64,000 bases of DNA from Curvularia clavata (Eukaryota): the NCBI GenBank assembly GCA_023920165.1, contig CP089275.1, positions 62,001-126,000 of the forward strand, read 5' to 3'. The stretch's first letter is position 1. The number at the start of each line of letters is the position of its first letter. Shown here in pieces: positions 63,936 through 64,000 of the stretch. The position numbers and the translations under genes were made by a program. The notes below the pieces were generated by a model. It did no database searches. It was not told the origin of the DNA and worked only from the letters and a program-made list of their open reading frames with translations.

Positions 63936-64000
63936 ATGCAGTACACACTCTTCGCCCTGGCCACCGCCGGATTCTTTACCGCAGCGCAATGCGCTGAAGC
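63936..64000 (+). CDS. 5' end of a probable secreted protein, truncated by the window edge
   Basis: GCCATG context, MQYTLFALATAGFFTAAQCAE signal-peptide-like sequence, TATAAAA near 63799. Confidence 0.6.
   Translation, partial: MQYTLFALATAGFFTAAQCAE

Noticed and set aside
1..64000. tRNA, rRNA, CRISPR arrays, LTR retrotransposon genes, PKS/NRPS core genes
   Set aside because: None recognised by eye; the many short alternative-frame ORFs in the track are shadows of real genes or noise

Overview
Eukaryotic filamentous-ascomycete DNA. It has short GT-AG introns with CTRAC branch points, Zn2Cys6 regulators, a Fot/pogo transposon and RIP-type mutation; a Fusarium-like origin is inferred, not proven. 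The window reads like a variable, subtelomere-like region. In order it carries: a secreted GH2 glycosidase; a compact putative catabolic cluster (AIF/AMID-like oxidoreductase, Zn2Cys6 TF, amidohydrolase, cytochrome b5, GPR1/FUN34 transporter, FAH + alpha/beta-hydrolase fusion); an ERG3 sterol C5-desaturase; a full-length RIP-inactivated Fot-type transposon followed by two disabled bacterial-like genes (protealysin-like M4 peptidase, CYTH-like protein). Next is the most notable element: a head-to-head pair of a HeLo-domain + pseudokinase protein with MLKL-like motifs and a ~1415-aa kinase-SEL1-like-ankyrin protein, a candidate fungal RIPK3/MLKL-like cell-death or allorecognition module. After that come a small secreted Kex2-type protein, an FAD monooxygenase / TF / sterol glucosyltransferase / GH78 group, a GH127/146 enzyme, several gene relics and a third Zn2Cys6 TF. 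All assignments come from motif recognition and manual splicing and translation; no database searches were run.
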